Origin: Candidatus Bathyarchaeia archaeon | GTDB taxonomy: Archaea > Thermoproteota > Bathyarchaeia > Bathyarchaeales > Bathycorpusculaceae | Length of the DNA stretch: 64,000 bases | NCBI GenBank assembly: GCA_050010755.1 | Contig: JBEKKK010000001.1 | Coordinates: 1,184,001 to 1,248,000, forward strand | Direction of reading: 5' to 3' | Part shown: piece by piece, positions 29,161-38,334 of the stretch | How positions within the stretch are numbered: the stretch's first letter is position 1 | Layout of the letters: every line of letters starts with the position of its first letter | Position numbers and translations under genes: made by a program | Notes under the pieces: model-generated | Databases searched by the model: none | What the model was told of the DNA's origin: nothing | Seen by the model: the letters and a program-made list of their open reading frames with translations, nothing else

Positions 29161-29982
29161 GTGGAAATAAAGGTGCTTGAAAGAGACGAAACAAACATGC
29201 GTTTGCTCGTTCGAGGAGCCGATATTCCATTCATGAATGCGCTTAGAAGAATCGTGACCTCTGAAGTTCCGAGCATGGCCATAGACGAGATTGTAATCGT
29301 GGAGAACTCTTCCATACTCATGGACGAGACAATCGCCCACAGACTTGGTCTTATTCCACTGAAAACCGACTTGGACAGTTACAACCTGCCCGAGGAGTGT
29401 CCGTGCAAGAGTGAGTTCGGATGCAACCTCTGTCGAGTCACACTTGCGTTGGATGTGGAAGCAAAGGTGGAAGGAAGAACAGTCTATTCTGGTGACCTGG
29501 TTTCAGAGAACCCTAACGTTGTACCCGTTAGTGACAGAATTCCAATATTGAAACTGGCAAAAGAACAGAAAATAAAGCTGGAAGCTTACGCGAGGCTTGG
29601 AAAGGGCAAGAACCACGCGAAATGGGAACCAGTTTCAATGTGCACCTACAAGTATTATCCGAAAATAGAGATATCGAAAAACTGCAGCGCGTGCGGCAAA
29701 TGCGTGGAGATGTGTCCCAGAAAAGTTCTGGTGAAAAAAGGCAACAGCATCGAAGTGAATGATTTGATCTCTTGTACTCTCTGCCACGACTGCGCCAATG
29801 CTTGTCCAGAGAGTCCCCTTGCAATACACGTTTCAGGAGAAGAAAACGCATTTATATTCAATCTGGAATCTACGAGTGCGCTACCTCCGGAAAGGATAAT
29901 GGCCGAAGCCAGCAAAATTCTGGAAAAACATCTGAAGGAACTTGAGGGTGAAATCAAGGTGAGAAAGAGTGAAAAAGGCTAA
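29161..29982 (+). CDS. rpoD: RNA polymerase subunit D (Rpo3) with ferredoxin-like domain
   Basis: NALRR...EVP, DE..AHRLGLIPL, G.GK.HAKW; two CxxCxxCxxxCP motifs. Confidence 0.96.
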   Translation: MEIKVLERDETNMRLLVRGADIPFMNALRRIVTSEVPSMAIDEIVIVENSSILMDETIAHRLGLIPLKTDLDSYNLPEECPCKSEFGCNLCRVTLALDVEAKVEGRTVYSGDLVSENPNVVPVSDRIPILKLAKEQKIKLEAYARLGKGKNHAKWEPVSMCTYKYYPKIEISKNCSACGKCVEMCPRKVLVKKGNSIEVNDLISCTLCHDCANACPESPLAIHVSGEENAFIFNLESTSALPPERIMAEASKILEKHLKELEGEIKVRKSEKG

Positions 29983-30331
29983 ACCGACGAACCCGGAACT
30001 TCTGGAACTCGCCAGTTCTCTCAAGAAGCAGAGCAGGGAAAGCAAGGCGAAAGTCTGGCGAGATATTGCCGAACGCTTAGTCAAGTCTAGAAGAAGACGG
30101 ATATCCGTGAACCTGAGCCGTCTGGACAGGTATACCTCCAGAAACGAGACAGTGGCTGTTCCTGGCAAGGTACTGGCGGCGGGTGAGATAACACATCCCA
30201 TAACCGTTGCGGCATTCACTTTCTCGGGAAAAGCTGAAGAAAAAATAAAAGCTGCAAGGGGAAAATGCGTTTCTTTCTCTGATCTTGCTAAGAAGAACCC
30301 GAAAGGCTCAAACGTGAAAATTATTGGGTGA
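29969..30331 (+). CDS. rpl18e: 50S ribosomal protein L18e
   Basis: TNP.L, VNLSRL, VPGKVL, NPKGS. Confidence 0.95.
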   Translation: MKKAKPTNPELLELASSLKKQSRESKAKVWRDIAERLVKSRRRRISVNLSRLDRYTSRNETVAVPGKVLAAGEITHPITVAAFTFSGKAEEKIKAARGKCVSFSDLAKKNPKGSNVKIIG

Positions 30332-30335
30332 AAAG

Positions 30336-30779
30336 ATGGAAACCGTGATCAAGACTGCGACCGTAATAGACGCTGATGGTCTTATTTTGGGCAGAATGGC
30401 TAGCGGCATCGCAAAGAGACTTTTAGAGGGCGAAAATATGATGATCGTCAATGCTGAAAAAGCTGTTCTCTCCGGGAAGAAAAGAAGCAAGGTGAACGAG
30501 GCTAAGACGTTTCTGGAAGTTGGAGGAGTAGGAAGAGGGCCTTATCACTACAGAAGGCCCGACAGAATAGTCAGAAAAGCCGTCAAAGGCATGCTTCCCA
30601 TTAGACAGCCGAAGGGCATTGAAGCTTACAGGAGACTGCAAGTGTTCATTGGTGTCCCAGATGATCTCAAAGGCCAAAAAATTGGCACACTGACATATGC
30701 TCAAGCCAAAAAGTTGACTTGTCCATACTTTACGGTCGGCGAACTTGCGAAGGGAATAGGTTGGAATCAAGGAGGATAA
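30336..30779 (+). CDS. rpl13: 50S ribosomal protein L13
   Basis: IDA.GLILGR.AS, VNAEK, GP...R.PD, GMLP. Confidence 0.95.
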   Translation: METVIKTATVIDADGLILGRMASGIAKRLLEGENMMIVNAEKAVLSGKKRSKVNEAKTFLEVGGVGRGPYHYRRPDRIVRKAVKGMLPIRQPKGIEAYRRLQVFIGVPDDLKGQKIGTLTYAQAKKLTCPYFTVGELAKGIGWNQGG

Positions 30780-30781
30780 GT

Positions 30782-31192
30782 ATGCCTGCCAAAAAGAGTT
30801 TAGTTGTTAGCGGAAAAAGAAAAACAGCTACTTCACGCGCAGTCGTAAGGGCTGGAATCGGAAAGGTACACGTTAGTAGAATTCCTGTAGAGATTTTTGA
30901 GCCTGAAATCGCGCGCGAGAAGATTATGGAGCCGCTCATCCAAGCTGGAGATGAGGTTCGCAACCAGCTGGACATAGATGTTACGATGTCCGGAGGGGGT
31001 TACATGGGTCAAGCTGAGGCGGCAAGGATGGCGATTGCCAACGCCATATTGAAATGGACCAAGAGTTCACACCTGCGCACGGTTTTCGCCGAGTACGACA
31101 GAACGATGATTGCCGGAGACAACAGGAAGAAAGAACCCAAGAAGTTCGGAGGACCAGGAGCCCGGTCGAGGGATCAGAAGAGCTACAGATAA
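30782..31192 (+). CDS. rps9: 30S ribosomal protein S9
   Basis: GKRKTA, GGG..GQA.A, E.KKFGGPGAR...QKSYR. Confidence 0.96.
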   Translation: MPAKKSLVVSGKRKTATSRAVVRAGIGKVHVSRIPVEIFEPEIAREKIMEPLIQAGDEVRNQLDIDVTMSGGGYMGQAEAARMAIANAILKWTKSSHLRTVFAEYDRTMIAGDNRKKEPKKFGGPGARSRDQKSYR

Positions 31193-31198
31193 AGAGGT

Positions 31199-31438
31199 TT
31201 GGATCCGTTGATAATACCTGTCAGATGTTTCACTTGTGGCAAACTGGTTGGAGATAAATGGGAGGAGTTCGCCAGAAGGGTGAAAGCTGGAGAGGACGCT
31301 GGCGAAGTTTTGGACAGTCTTGCGGTCAAACGTTACTGTTGTAGACGCATGCTTCTCTCGCATGTGGAAATATTCGATGAGGTGCTGCGCTTTTACGAAG
31401 AGGCTGAAAAACGGAAAGAGGCAAGAAGCTACTACTAG
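31199..31438 (+). CDS. rpoN: RNA polymerase subunit N (Rpo10)
   Basis: [18 protein letters not shown]. Confidence 0.96.
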   Translation: MDPLIIPVRCFTCGKLVGDKWEEFARRVKAGEDAGEVLDSLAVKRYCCRRMLLSHVEIFDEVLRFYEEAEKRKEARSYY

Positions 31439-31458
31439 ACCGATTGAAAGGGGAGACC

Positions 31459-32721
31459 ATGTCAACAATTATTGAAGACGTAATCGCAAGAAAGGTCTTC
31501 AACAACCGCGGAGAAGAAACGGTCGAGGTCGATATAATCACAACCTCGGGGTTCGGTCGGATTTCAGCACCCGCGGGAAAAAGCAGGGGGAAAGCGGAGG
31601 TCGTTTATTATCCGCAAGGCGGAGTTGAACAAGCGGTTAAGAAGGTTGAAGAACTAATAGCGCCGGAAATAGTGGGCTTAGGCGCCGATAGTCAAGAAGA
31701 GATCGACAAAACTCTGCACGATATCGATGGTTCAAAGGATTTTCGGGCAATCGGCGGCAACACAGCTTTCGCCGTCTCATTAGCCTGCGCCGAAGCCGCA
31801 GCCAACTCTTCTGGCTTACTGCTGTTTCAGTACTTAGGTGGGCATGTTGCGCACGAACTTCCGTATCCGCTTGGCAACACGATAAGCGGTGGGCAGCACG
31901 CTCAGGGAAAATCTCCTGACTTACAGGAGTTTCTGGTTCTGTCATACGGAGCCGAATCTTTCTTAGAAGCTGCGACGGCTAACATTGTGGTTCATAGACA
32001 AGTGGGAGAGGCTCTGGGGAAGAAGGATAAGCTCTTTGGTCAAGGAAAAAGTGACGAAGGCGCTTGGATTGCCAACGTGGCAACCTCGGAGGCCTTAGAA
32101 GTCATGGCCCGTGCATGTGAAAATGTTGGTGCGGAAATGGGCCTCGAATGTGGGATAGGGGTTGACGTCGCATCTTCTTCCCTGTGGAACGGCAAGACCA
32201 AGACGTACAACTATCAGAAGGAGAAGAAAACCAGAAGCTCGGGAGAACAGCTCGAATTCATCCTTGAAATCATCAAGAAATATCATCTCGCCTACGTCGA
32301 AGACCCCTTCCACGAAGAGGACTTTGCAGGTTTCGCAGAGTTAACGAAGAAGGCCAAGAACTGCTTGATATGCGGCGATGACCTTTTTACCACAAACACT
32401 GAAAGATTAAGCCGCGGCATAAAGCTGCACGCGGCCAACTCTATCATAATAAAGGTCAACCAAGTGGGCACTCTCACGGACGCATGGGAAACTATCGAAA
32501 TGGCGAAAAGAAATGGATACGTACCAGTAATGTCTCACCGATCGGGTGACACCTGTGACTGGCACATAGCACACTTGGCCGCAGCGTTCAAGTGTCCAGT
32601 AATAAAAACTGGAGTTGTTGAAGGTTCTCGCATCGCGAAAATAAACGAGTTAATAAGGATCGAAGAGTTTCTTGGGGACAGGGCTGTGATGGCCAGTCTT
32701 GACTTACTTCAAGGAGGATAA
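31459..32721 (+). CDS. eno: Enolase
   Basis: QEFL, DEG, EDP, GDDL, IKVNQVG, SHRSG.T, IKTG. Confidence 0.92.
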   Translation: MSTIIEDVIARKVFNNRGEETVEVDIITTSGFGRISAPAGKSRGKAEVVYYPQGGVEQAVKKVEELIAPEIVGLGADSQEEIDKTLHDIDGSKDFRAIGGNTAFAVSLACAEAAANSSGLLLFQYLGGHVAHELPYPLGNTISGGQHAQGKSPDLQEFLVLSYGAESFLEAATANIVVHRQVGEALGKKDKLFGQGKSDEGAWIANVATSEALEVMARACENVGAEMGLECGIGVDVASSSLWNGKTKTYNYQKEKKTRSSGEQLEFILEIIKKYHLAYVEDPFHEEDFAGFAELTKKAKNCLICGDDLFTTNTERLSRGIKLHAANSIIIKVNQVGTLTDAWETIEMAKRNGYVPVMSHRSGDTCDWHIAHLAAAFKCPVIKTGVVEGSRIAKINELIRIEEFLGDRAVMASLDLLQGG

Positions 32722-32724
32722 AAC

Positions 32725-33498
32725 TTGTCTGAAGACGATGACAGCAAAGAAGAGATCGAAGAAGAAACCGTAGAAGAAACTAAAGAAGAGACAGAGGATG
32801 AAGAGACTATAGAGGAAGAGGTAAAACTGACTGAGGAAACTAAGGCGGAAGCAACGGAGCCAACTGCTGAGGCAGTTCCTGAAGAAGAACTGCTCATGCC
32901 GCGAGACACGTTGCTATCTGCTGGAATCCACATCGGAACCAGAATGAAGACAGGGGACATGGAACAGTTCATATACCGAGTTAGGGCCGATGGCCTGTTT
33001 GTCTTAGACGTTAAGAAAACGGATGATCGCATAAGAGTCGCTGGCAAATTTCTTGCACGGTATGAACCTGGGAAAGTGGCCGCCGCTGGGGCTAGACTGT
33101 ATGCACAGGAACCGGTAACCAAATTCTCTCAATTAACTGGAGCAACTCCGGTTGTTGGGCGGTTCATCCCGGGCCTGCTGTCCAATCCGCTGTATCCTAA
33201 CCGTATTGAACCTGAGGTGCTTATAGTGTCCGACCCGAGAGCGGACGGACAAGCTGTGAAAGAGGCGGCCTCCGTCGGGATTCCCGTCGTGGCCCTGTGC
33301 AGCACTGACAATGAGTTCAACGGGGTAGATCTTGTAATCCCAACGAATAACAAAGGCCGGCGAGCGTTGGCCGTTATCTACTGGCTCTTGGCAAGGCAGA
33401 TACTCCGGGAAAGGGGCGAATTGGCGATGGACAAGGATCTCCCGATGACTATAGACGATTTTGAAGCGAGGGTAGCGCGGGAGGAGGAGGAACCCTAA
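32725..33498 (+). CDS. rps2: 30S ribosomal protein S2 with acidic N-terminal extension
   Basis: AGIHIGT, GRF.PG, DP..D.QA, IPTNNKGR. Confidence 0.95.
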   Translation: MSEDDDSKEEIEEETVEETKEETEDEETIEEEVKLTEETKAEATEPTAEAVPEEELLMPRDTLLSAGIHIGTRMKTGDMEQFIYRVRADGLFVLDVKKTDDRIRVAGKFLARYEPGKVAAAGARLYAQEPVTKFSQLTGATPVVGRFIPGLLSNPLYPNRIEPEVLIVSDPRADGQAVKEAASVGIPVVALCSTDNEFNGVDLVIPTNNKGRRALAVIYWLLARQILRERGELAMDKDLPMTIDDFEARVAREEEEP

Positions 33499-33502
33499 CC
33501 CG

Positions 33503-34354
33503 ATGGTGAAGGTTCGGCGTCCGACACAAGCCGGAGCCTTCTATGAAGGAACATCTGATGCGCTCAAACAACAAATAGAGAAATGTTTCACGGATAAACT
33601 CGGACCAGGAAAGCTTCCTGAGGTCGCGAAGACCTACCTCACAAAGGTTGTAGGCCTCATCTGTCCGCACGCGGGCTACATGTATTCTGGGCCGGTGGCT
33701 GCACACGCTTACGGCGCGCTTGCTGTCGATGGCAAACCCGATGTCGTGGTCATTCTCGGTCCAAACCACACCGGCGTCGGTAGCGGTCTGGCCATCATGA
33801 ATGAAGGGGTTTGGCGCACGCCTCTCGGCGACGTTGAGGTAGACCGCGAGACGGCAAATGAAATCGTGCGTGAGTCAAGTATCATAGACATTGACGACTC
33901 GGCTCACCAGGATGAACATTCAATCGAGGTCCAGCTTCCATTTCTCCAGTACCTTTACAACTCAACATTCAAGATTGTGCCAATCTGCTTCCTCATGCAG
34001 GACATATCCTCAGCCAGAGAGGTCGGACAGGCTGTGGCTAAAGCCTTGCTTGGCAAGAAAGCCGTCATCATAGCCTCATCGGACATGACTCATTATGAGC
34101 CTCAGGAAAGTGCAGAACGGAAAGACAAGAAGGCTCTTGAAGCAATCGAGGCGATGGATGAAGTTCGTTTTCAATCAACGATTGAAACTTACAACATCAC
34201 CGCATGCGGCCACGGGCCAATAGCAGCCCTGATCACAGCAGCGAAGATTTTGGGAGGAACAGAGGCAAGATTATTATGCTATAAGACCAGTGGAGATGTG
34301 ACTGGCGACCGCTCAAGCGTCGTTGGGTACGCCGCCGTGTGTTTCATGAAATAG
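33503..34354 (+). CDS. MEMO1 family protein (AmmeMemoRadiSam protein B)
   Basis: AG.FY, PHAGYMYSG, GPNH, EHSIEVQLPFL, SSD.TH, CG, VGY. Confidence 0.93.
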   Translation: MVKVRRPTQAGAFYEGTSDALKQQIEKCFTDKLGPGKLPEVAKTYLTKVVGLICPHAGYMYSGPVAAHAYGALAVDGKPDVVVILGPNHTGVGSGLAIMNEGVWRTPLGDVEVDRETANEIVRESSIIDIDDSAHQDEHSIEVQLPFLQYLYNSTFKIVPICFLMQDISSAREVGQAVAKALLGKKAVIIASSDMTHYEPQESAERKDKKALEAIEAMDEVRFQSTIETYNITACGHGPIAALITAAKILGGTEARLLCYKTSGDVTGDRSSVVGYAAVCFMK

Positions 34355-34362
34355 TGGTGAGA

Positions 34363-35346
34363 ATGGGAGTCATTGCCTCAGCTCCCGCGAAAGTTATACT
34401 CTTCGGAGAACACTTCGTAGTCTACGGTGAGCCCTCCATCGTTCTAGCCATTGATAAACGGGCATATGCAACGGTGGATCGCCGCGACGACAAGCGTATC
34501 CATCTGCAATCGGCAAACCTGGGTTTCGCAGGCTTCTTCGAGGATGAGAATTTCAAGGTCGAGAAGGGAGACGCAAAGGAAGCCAGGATGAGGTTCGAGG
34601 CAATCAAGCTGGCCGCGGAAAAAGTCATGAAAACCTGCGGGGAAGACGTTGGCTTGAACATTGAAATCAACTCAACTGTTCCTGTCGCAGCAGGTTTAGG
34701 CTCTTCAGCAGCTGTAATAGTTGCTGCAACAGCAGCAACAGGTTCCCTTCTCAAGGCAAAGATGTCAAGGGAAGACGTATTCCGAATCGCTTGTGAAACC
34801 GAGAAGGTCTTACACGGTACCACCTCAGGGGTGGATCCTGCTATCTCAACATTCGGCGGCGCGCTCCTGTTTCAAATGGACACAGGGTTCAAGCCTTTGG
34901 AAGTCAAGGCGGATATCCAGCTCGTCGTAGGAGACACGGGCGTCCAGAGATCTACACGAGTTCAGGTTGAAAAGGTTCGAGGCATGATGGAGAACTACCC
35001 TAACATCTTCGAGTCTCTGCAGAGAGCTGCCCGAGAAATCGTGCTAAAGGCCATCGACATCTTCAGGGTGAAGGATTTAGTCACTCTGGGCGAGTTGATG
35101 AACATCAATCACGCCTTGCTCTATGCTCTGGGAGTATCCGATGAGTCACTCGAGTGGCTGATAAACGCCTCACGCAAGGCGGGAGCCCTAGGGGCGAAGC
35201 TGACGGGAGCCGGAGGCGGCGGATGCATGGTCGCATTAGCGAAGAACGAAAGGACAGAACTAGTCATGGACGCGATACTGAGAGCGGGAGGAAGACCATT
35301 CATAGCGAAAAAAACAGATGAAGGGGTCAAAATTGAACACCCCTGA
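34363..35346 (+). CDS. mvk: Mevalonate kinase
   Basis: KVILFGEHFVVYG, PVAAGLGSSAA, SGVD, KLTGAGGGG. Confidence 0.95.
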   Translation: MGVIASAPAKVILFGEHFVVYGEPSIVLAIDKRAYATVDRRDDKRIHLQSANLGFAGFFEDENFKVEKGDAKEARMRFEAIKLAAEKVMKTCGEDVGLNIEINSTVPVAAGLGSSAAVIVAATAATGSLLKAKMSREDVFRIACETEKVLHGTTSGVDPAISTFGGALLFQMDTGFKPLEVKADIQLVVGDTGVQRSTRVQVEKVRGMMENYPNIFESLQRAAREIVLKAIDIFRVKDLVTLGELMNINHALLYALGVSDESLEWLINASRKAGALGAKLTGAGGGGCMVALAKNERTELVMDAILRAGGRPFIAKKTDEGVKIEHP

Positions 35347-36133
35347 GCTGACGGTTCTGAAGATTGGAGGATCCGTCATCACGGACAAGAACGGCGAACT
35401 AACTCCTCGAACTGGAGAAATAGCCCGTTTGACGGAGGAAATACGGAAATCCAACGTCAAAAGGTTGATAATCGTTCACGGAGGCGGAAGCTTCGGTCAC
35501 CCCTCAGCCGAGAAATACGCGATAAAAGAGGGATTGAAAGAGGATTCGCAAAAGATAGGATTCTCAGAGACTCATCACGTCATGACCATGCTCAACGGTC
35601 TGTTCATGGACTCTCTCATCTGGGAAGAGGTTTTGGCGGTAAGCGTTACGCCATCATCATGTATCATCACCGAAAGCGGAAGAATAAAACACTTTGAAGA
35701 CTCAGCCATAAGAGCACTGCTGAACATGGGCTTCATTCCAGTCCTCTACGGAGATGCCGTCGTAGACTCAAAACTAGGCTTCACAATACTTTCTGGCGAT
35801 CAGCTCGTATCAGAACTCGCTATGAGACTCAAAGCAGAACGCATAATATTCGGGGTCGACGTGGACGGCCTATACGATTCCGATCCCAAGATTGAGAAAA
35901 CCGCAAAGCTGTTCAAGCACTTGAATCGAGAAGAACTGAAGGAACTTCAAAACAAGCTTTGCAGGCCGACGGTTCGCGACGTTACAGGTGGCATGTTCGG
36001 CAAAGTCGTGGAACTATTGCCCGCAGTCGAACAGGGAATACCGGTGACCATAATGAATGCGTCGAAGCCAGGTAACATCTGCAAGGTTCTTGAAGGAAAA
36101 CCAGTAGAAGGCACTGTGATAGGGAAGGAATAG
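35333..36133 (+). CDS. ipk: Isopentenyl phosphate kinase
   Basis: LKIGGSVITDK, HGGGSFGH, SGD, DVTGGM..K; position in the MVA cluster. Confidence 0.92.
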   Translation: MNTPELTVLKIGGSVITDKNGELTPRTGEIARLTEEIRKSNVKRLIIVHGGGSFGHPSAEKYAIKEGLKEDSQKIGFSETHHVMTMLNGLFMDSLIWEEVLAVSVTPSSCIITESGRIKHFEDSAIRALLNMGFIPVLYGDAVVDSKLGFTILSGDQLVSELAMRLKAERIIFGVDVDGLYDSDPKIEKTAKLFKHLNREELKELQNKLCRPTVRDVTGGMFGKVVELLPAVEQGIPVTIMNASKPGNICKVLEGKPVEGTVIGKE

Positions 36134-36136
36134 ATC

Positions 36137-37240
36137 TTGGCAGAGAGGACGAAAAGACGGAAAGCAGAACACATAGACATATCTTTGAATCATAACGTAC
36201 AGGCTAGAGAAACGACAACGGGCTTTGAAGACGTGCTACTCGTTCACAGAGCCCTTCCGGAAATAGACAAACAACAGATAGATCTGTCAACAACAGTTTT
36301 CGGCCACAAGTTTGCGGCACCCCTGATTGTGGGCGCCATAACCGGCGGAACGCACGAAGCCACAAAAATCAACGCGACGATAGCCGAAGCAGTGGAAGAA
36401 CTTGGCTTAGGGATGGGAGTGGGCAGTCAACGCGCCGCGCTGGAAGACAAGAAGCTTGAAGAATCATTTGCCGTGGCAAGGAAGAAGGCGCCAACAGCCT
36501 TTCTCGTAGCGAATATCGGCGGGGTGCAACTGGTTAACGGAATAGGCCTCAACAAAGTAAGAAGGGCAATGGAAATGGTTGAGGCGGACGCGTTAGCCAT
36601 ACACCTGAACGCTCTGCAAGAGACGGCCCAGCCTGAGGGGCAAACGAACTTTGCAGGAATCTTGGAAAACGTGACTCGAATCGCCGAAGAAGTGGAAAGG
36701 CCTGTCATTGTCAAGGAAACGGGCGCCGGGATATCAGCTGAGGAGGCAAAGAAGCTGGAGACCGCAGGAGTCAAGGGTATAGACGTTAGCGGGGCAGGCG
36801 GAACGAGCTGGGCTGCAGTTGAATATTACCGTGCAAGAGAACTTAGAGACGCTTCAAGGCAGAGGCTTGGAAATCTCTTCTGGGATTGGGGCATTCCAAC
36901 AGCGGTGAGCCTCGTTGAAGCTTCTCAAACAGTGAGCATTCCTATAATCGCCTCTGGGGGAGTACGAAGCGGAGTGGACGTGGCGAAGTCCTTGACCCTG
37001 GGTTCGAGCTTGGCAAGCCTTTCTCAGCCCGTGCTTCGGGCTGCCGTCAAGGGGACTCTGGAGACGAGGGATACACTGTCGCTTCTGATGGACGAACTGC
37101 GAAACGCGATGTTTCTTACAGGCGCAGCATCAGTCGAAGCTCTTCAAAGTGTCTCAGTTGTCTTGATGGGTAAGACAGCTGATTGGCTGAGAACGAGAGG
37201 GTTCGACGTCGATTCCTATGCGAGAAGAGGAAGGACTTAG
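36137..37240 (+). CDS. fni: Type 2 isopentenyl-diphosphate delta-isomerase
   Basis: RK.EH, GSQR, HLN.LQE..QPEG, KETG.G, G.GGTSW. Confidence 0.95.
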   Translation: MAERTKRRKAEHIDISLNHNVQARETTTGFEDVLLVHRALPEIDKQQIDLSTTVFGHKFAAPLIVGAITGGTHEATKINATIAEAVEELGLGMGVGSQRAALEDKKLEESFAVARKKAPTAFLVANIGGVQLVNGIGLNKVRRAMEMVEADALAIHLNALQETAQPEGQTNFAGILENVTRIAEEVERPVIVKETGAGISAEEAKKLETAGVKGIDVSGAGGTSWAAVEYYRARELRDASRQRLGNLFWDWGIPTAVSLVEASQTVSIPIIASGGVRSGVDVAKSLTLGSSLASLSQPVLRAAVKGTLETRDTLSLLMDELRNAMFLTGAASVEALQSVSVVLMGKTADWLRTRGFDVDSYARRGRT

Positions 37241-37242
37241 CT

Positions 37243-38313
37243 TTGAGTTTTGAAGATTTTCTCGAAAAGAATATCTCAATTGTGGACAAGACGATTGAGA
37301 GGTACATTCCGAGAACTCTATCAAAAAAGGCAATTCTCTTCAGAGTCAGTGAACCACGTTACGCCTACAACTTGGAGGCTCTGAACAAGGCAGTTGCTGA
37401 TCCGATATGGGAATTTCTTGACAGGGGCGGAAAACGGTGGCGTCCAGCACTCTTCCTGTTAATATGTGAAGCGCTCGGCAAACAATCAGCTCGTTTCATC
37501 GATTTCGCGATAATTCCCGAGGTCGTGCACAACGGAACTCTGATGGTTGACGATCTGGAAGACAGCTCAGAATGGAGACGGGGCAAACTGTGCACGTACA
37601 AACTGTTCGGCTTGGACATAGCAGTGAACGCTGGAAACGCGATGTACTATTTGCCGCTTCTTCCACTGCTGGAAAATAGAGGCAAGTTTTCGTCTCGAAA
37701 ACTCGCTCAGACATACACTGTTTATGCTCAAGAGATGATTAACCTGAGCCTTGGCCAAGCTATGGACATAGCATGGCACCGGGGCTTGGCAAACGCGGAC
37801 GGAATAAGTGAAAAGGACTATTTGCAGATGTGCTCGTACAAGACTGGGACATTGGCGAGAATGGCCGCCAAGATAGCGGCTGTCCTGTGCGATGCGGATG
37901 AACAGACGGTTGAAAAGCTGGGCTACTTCGCCGAAAGCCTGGGCATAGCTTTTCAAATGAAGGATGACGTTCTCGACCTAACCAGCGCGCAGTTCGCAGA
38001 GGGAAAAGGCGGCCGCGGACAGGACGTAACGGAAGGAAAGCGCAGCTTTCCAGTGATACACACCCTTAAGGTTTCAAACGCCGCAGACAGAAGAAGACTG
38101 ATTGAAATACTCAACATGCACACGTCGGAACAGAGACTCAGAGACGAAGCCATCGCCATAATGGAGAAGTACAACTCAATAGAATATGCTAAGCGGTTTG
38201 CCAGAAGAGTCGTAAGAACAAGCTGGAAAGAGACAGAGCAACTTCTATCCAGTTCAGAAGCGAAGGAAAAACTAAAAGCCTTCGCCGAATTCTTGAGTGA
38301 GAGAAAAATCTAG
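37243..38313 (+). CDS. idsA: Polyprenyl (geranylgeranyl) diphosphate synthase
   Basis: GGKR.RP, DDLED...RRG, GQ.MD, KT, FQ..DD..D. Confidence 0.9.
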   Translation: MSFEDFLEKNISIVDKTIERYIPRTLSKKAILFRVSEPRYAYNLEALNKAVADPIWEFLDRGGKRWRPALFLLICEALGKQSARFIDFAIIPEVVHNGTLMVDDLEDSSEWRRGKLCTYKLFGLDIAVNAGNAMYYLPLLPLLENRGKFSSRKLAQTYTVYAQEMINLSLGQAMDIAWHRGLANADGISEKDYLQMCSYKTGTLARMAAKIAAVLCDADEQTVEKLGYFAESLGIAFQMKDDVLDLTSAQFAEGKGGRGQDVTEGKRSFPVIHTLKVSNAADRRRLIEILNMHTSEQRLRDEAIAIMEKYNSIEYAKRFARRVVRTSWKETEQLLSSSEAKEKLKAFAEFLSERKI

Positions 38314-38334
38314 ACGGTTGGACATTAACGAGTG

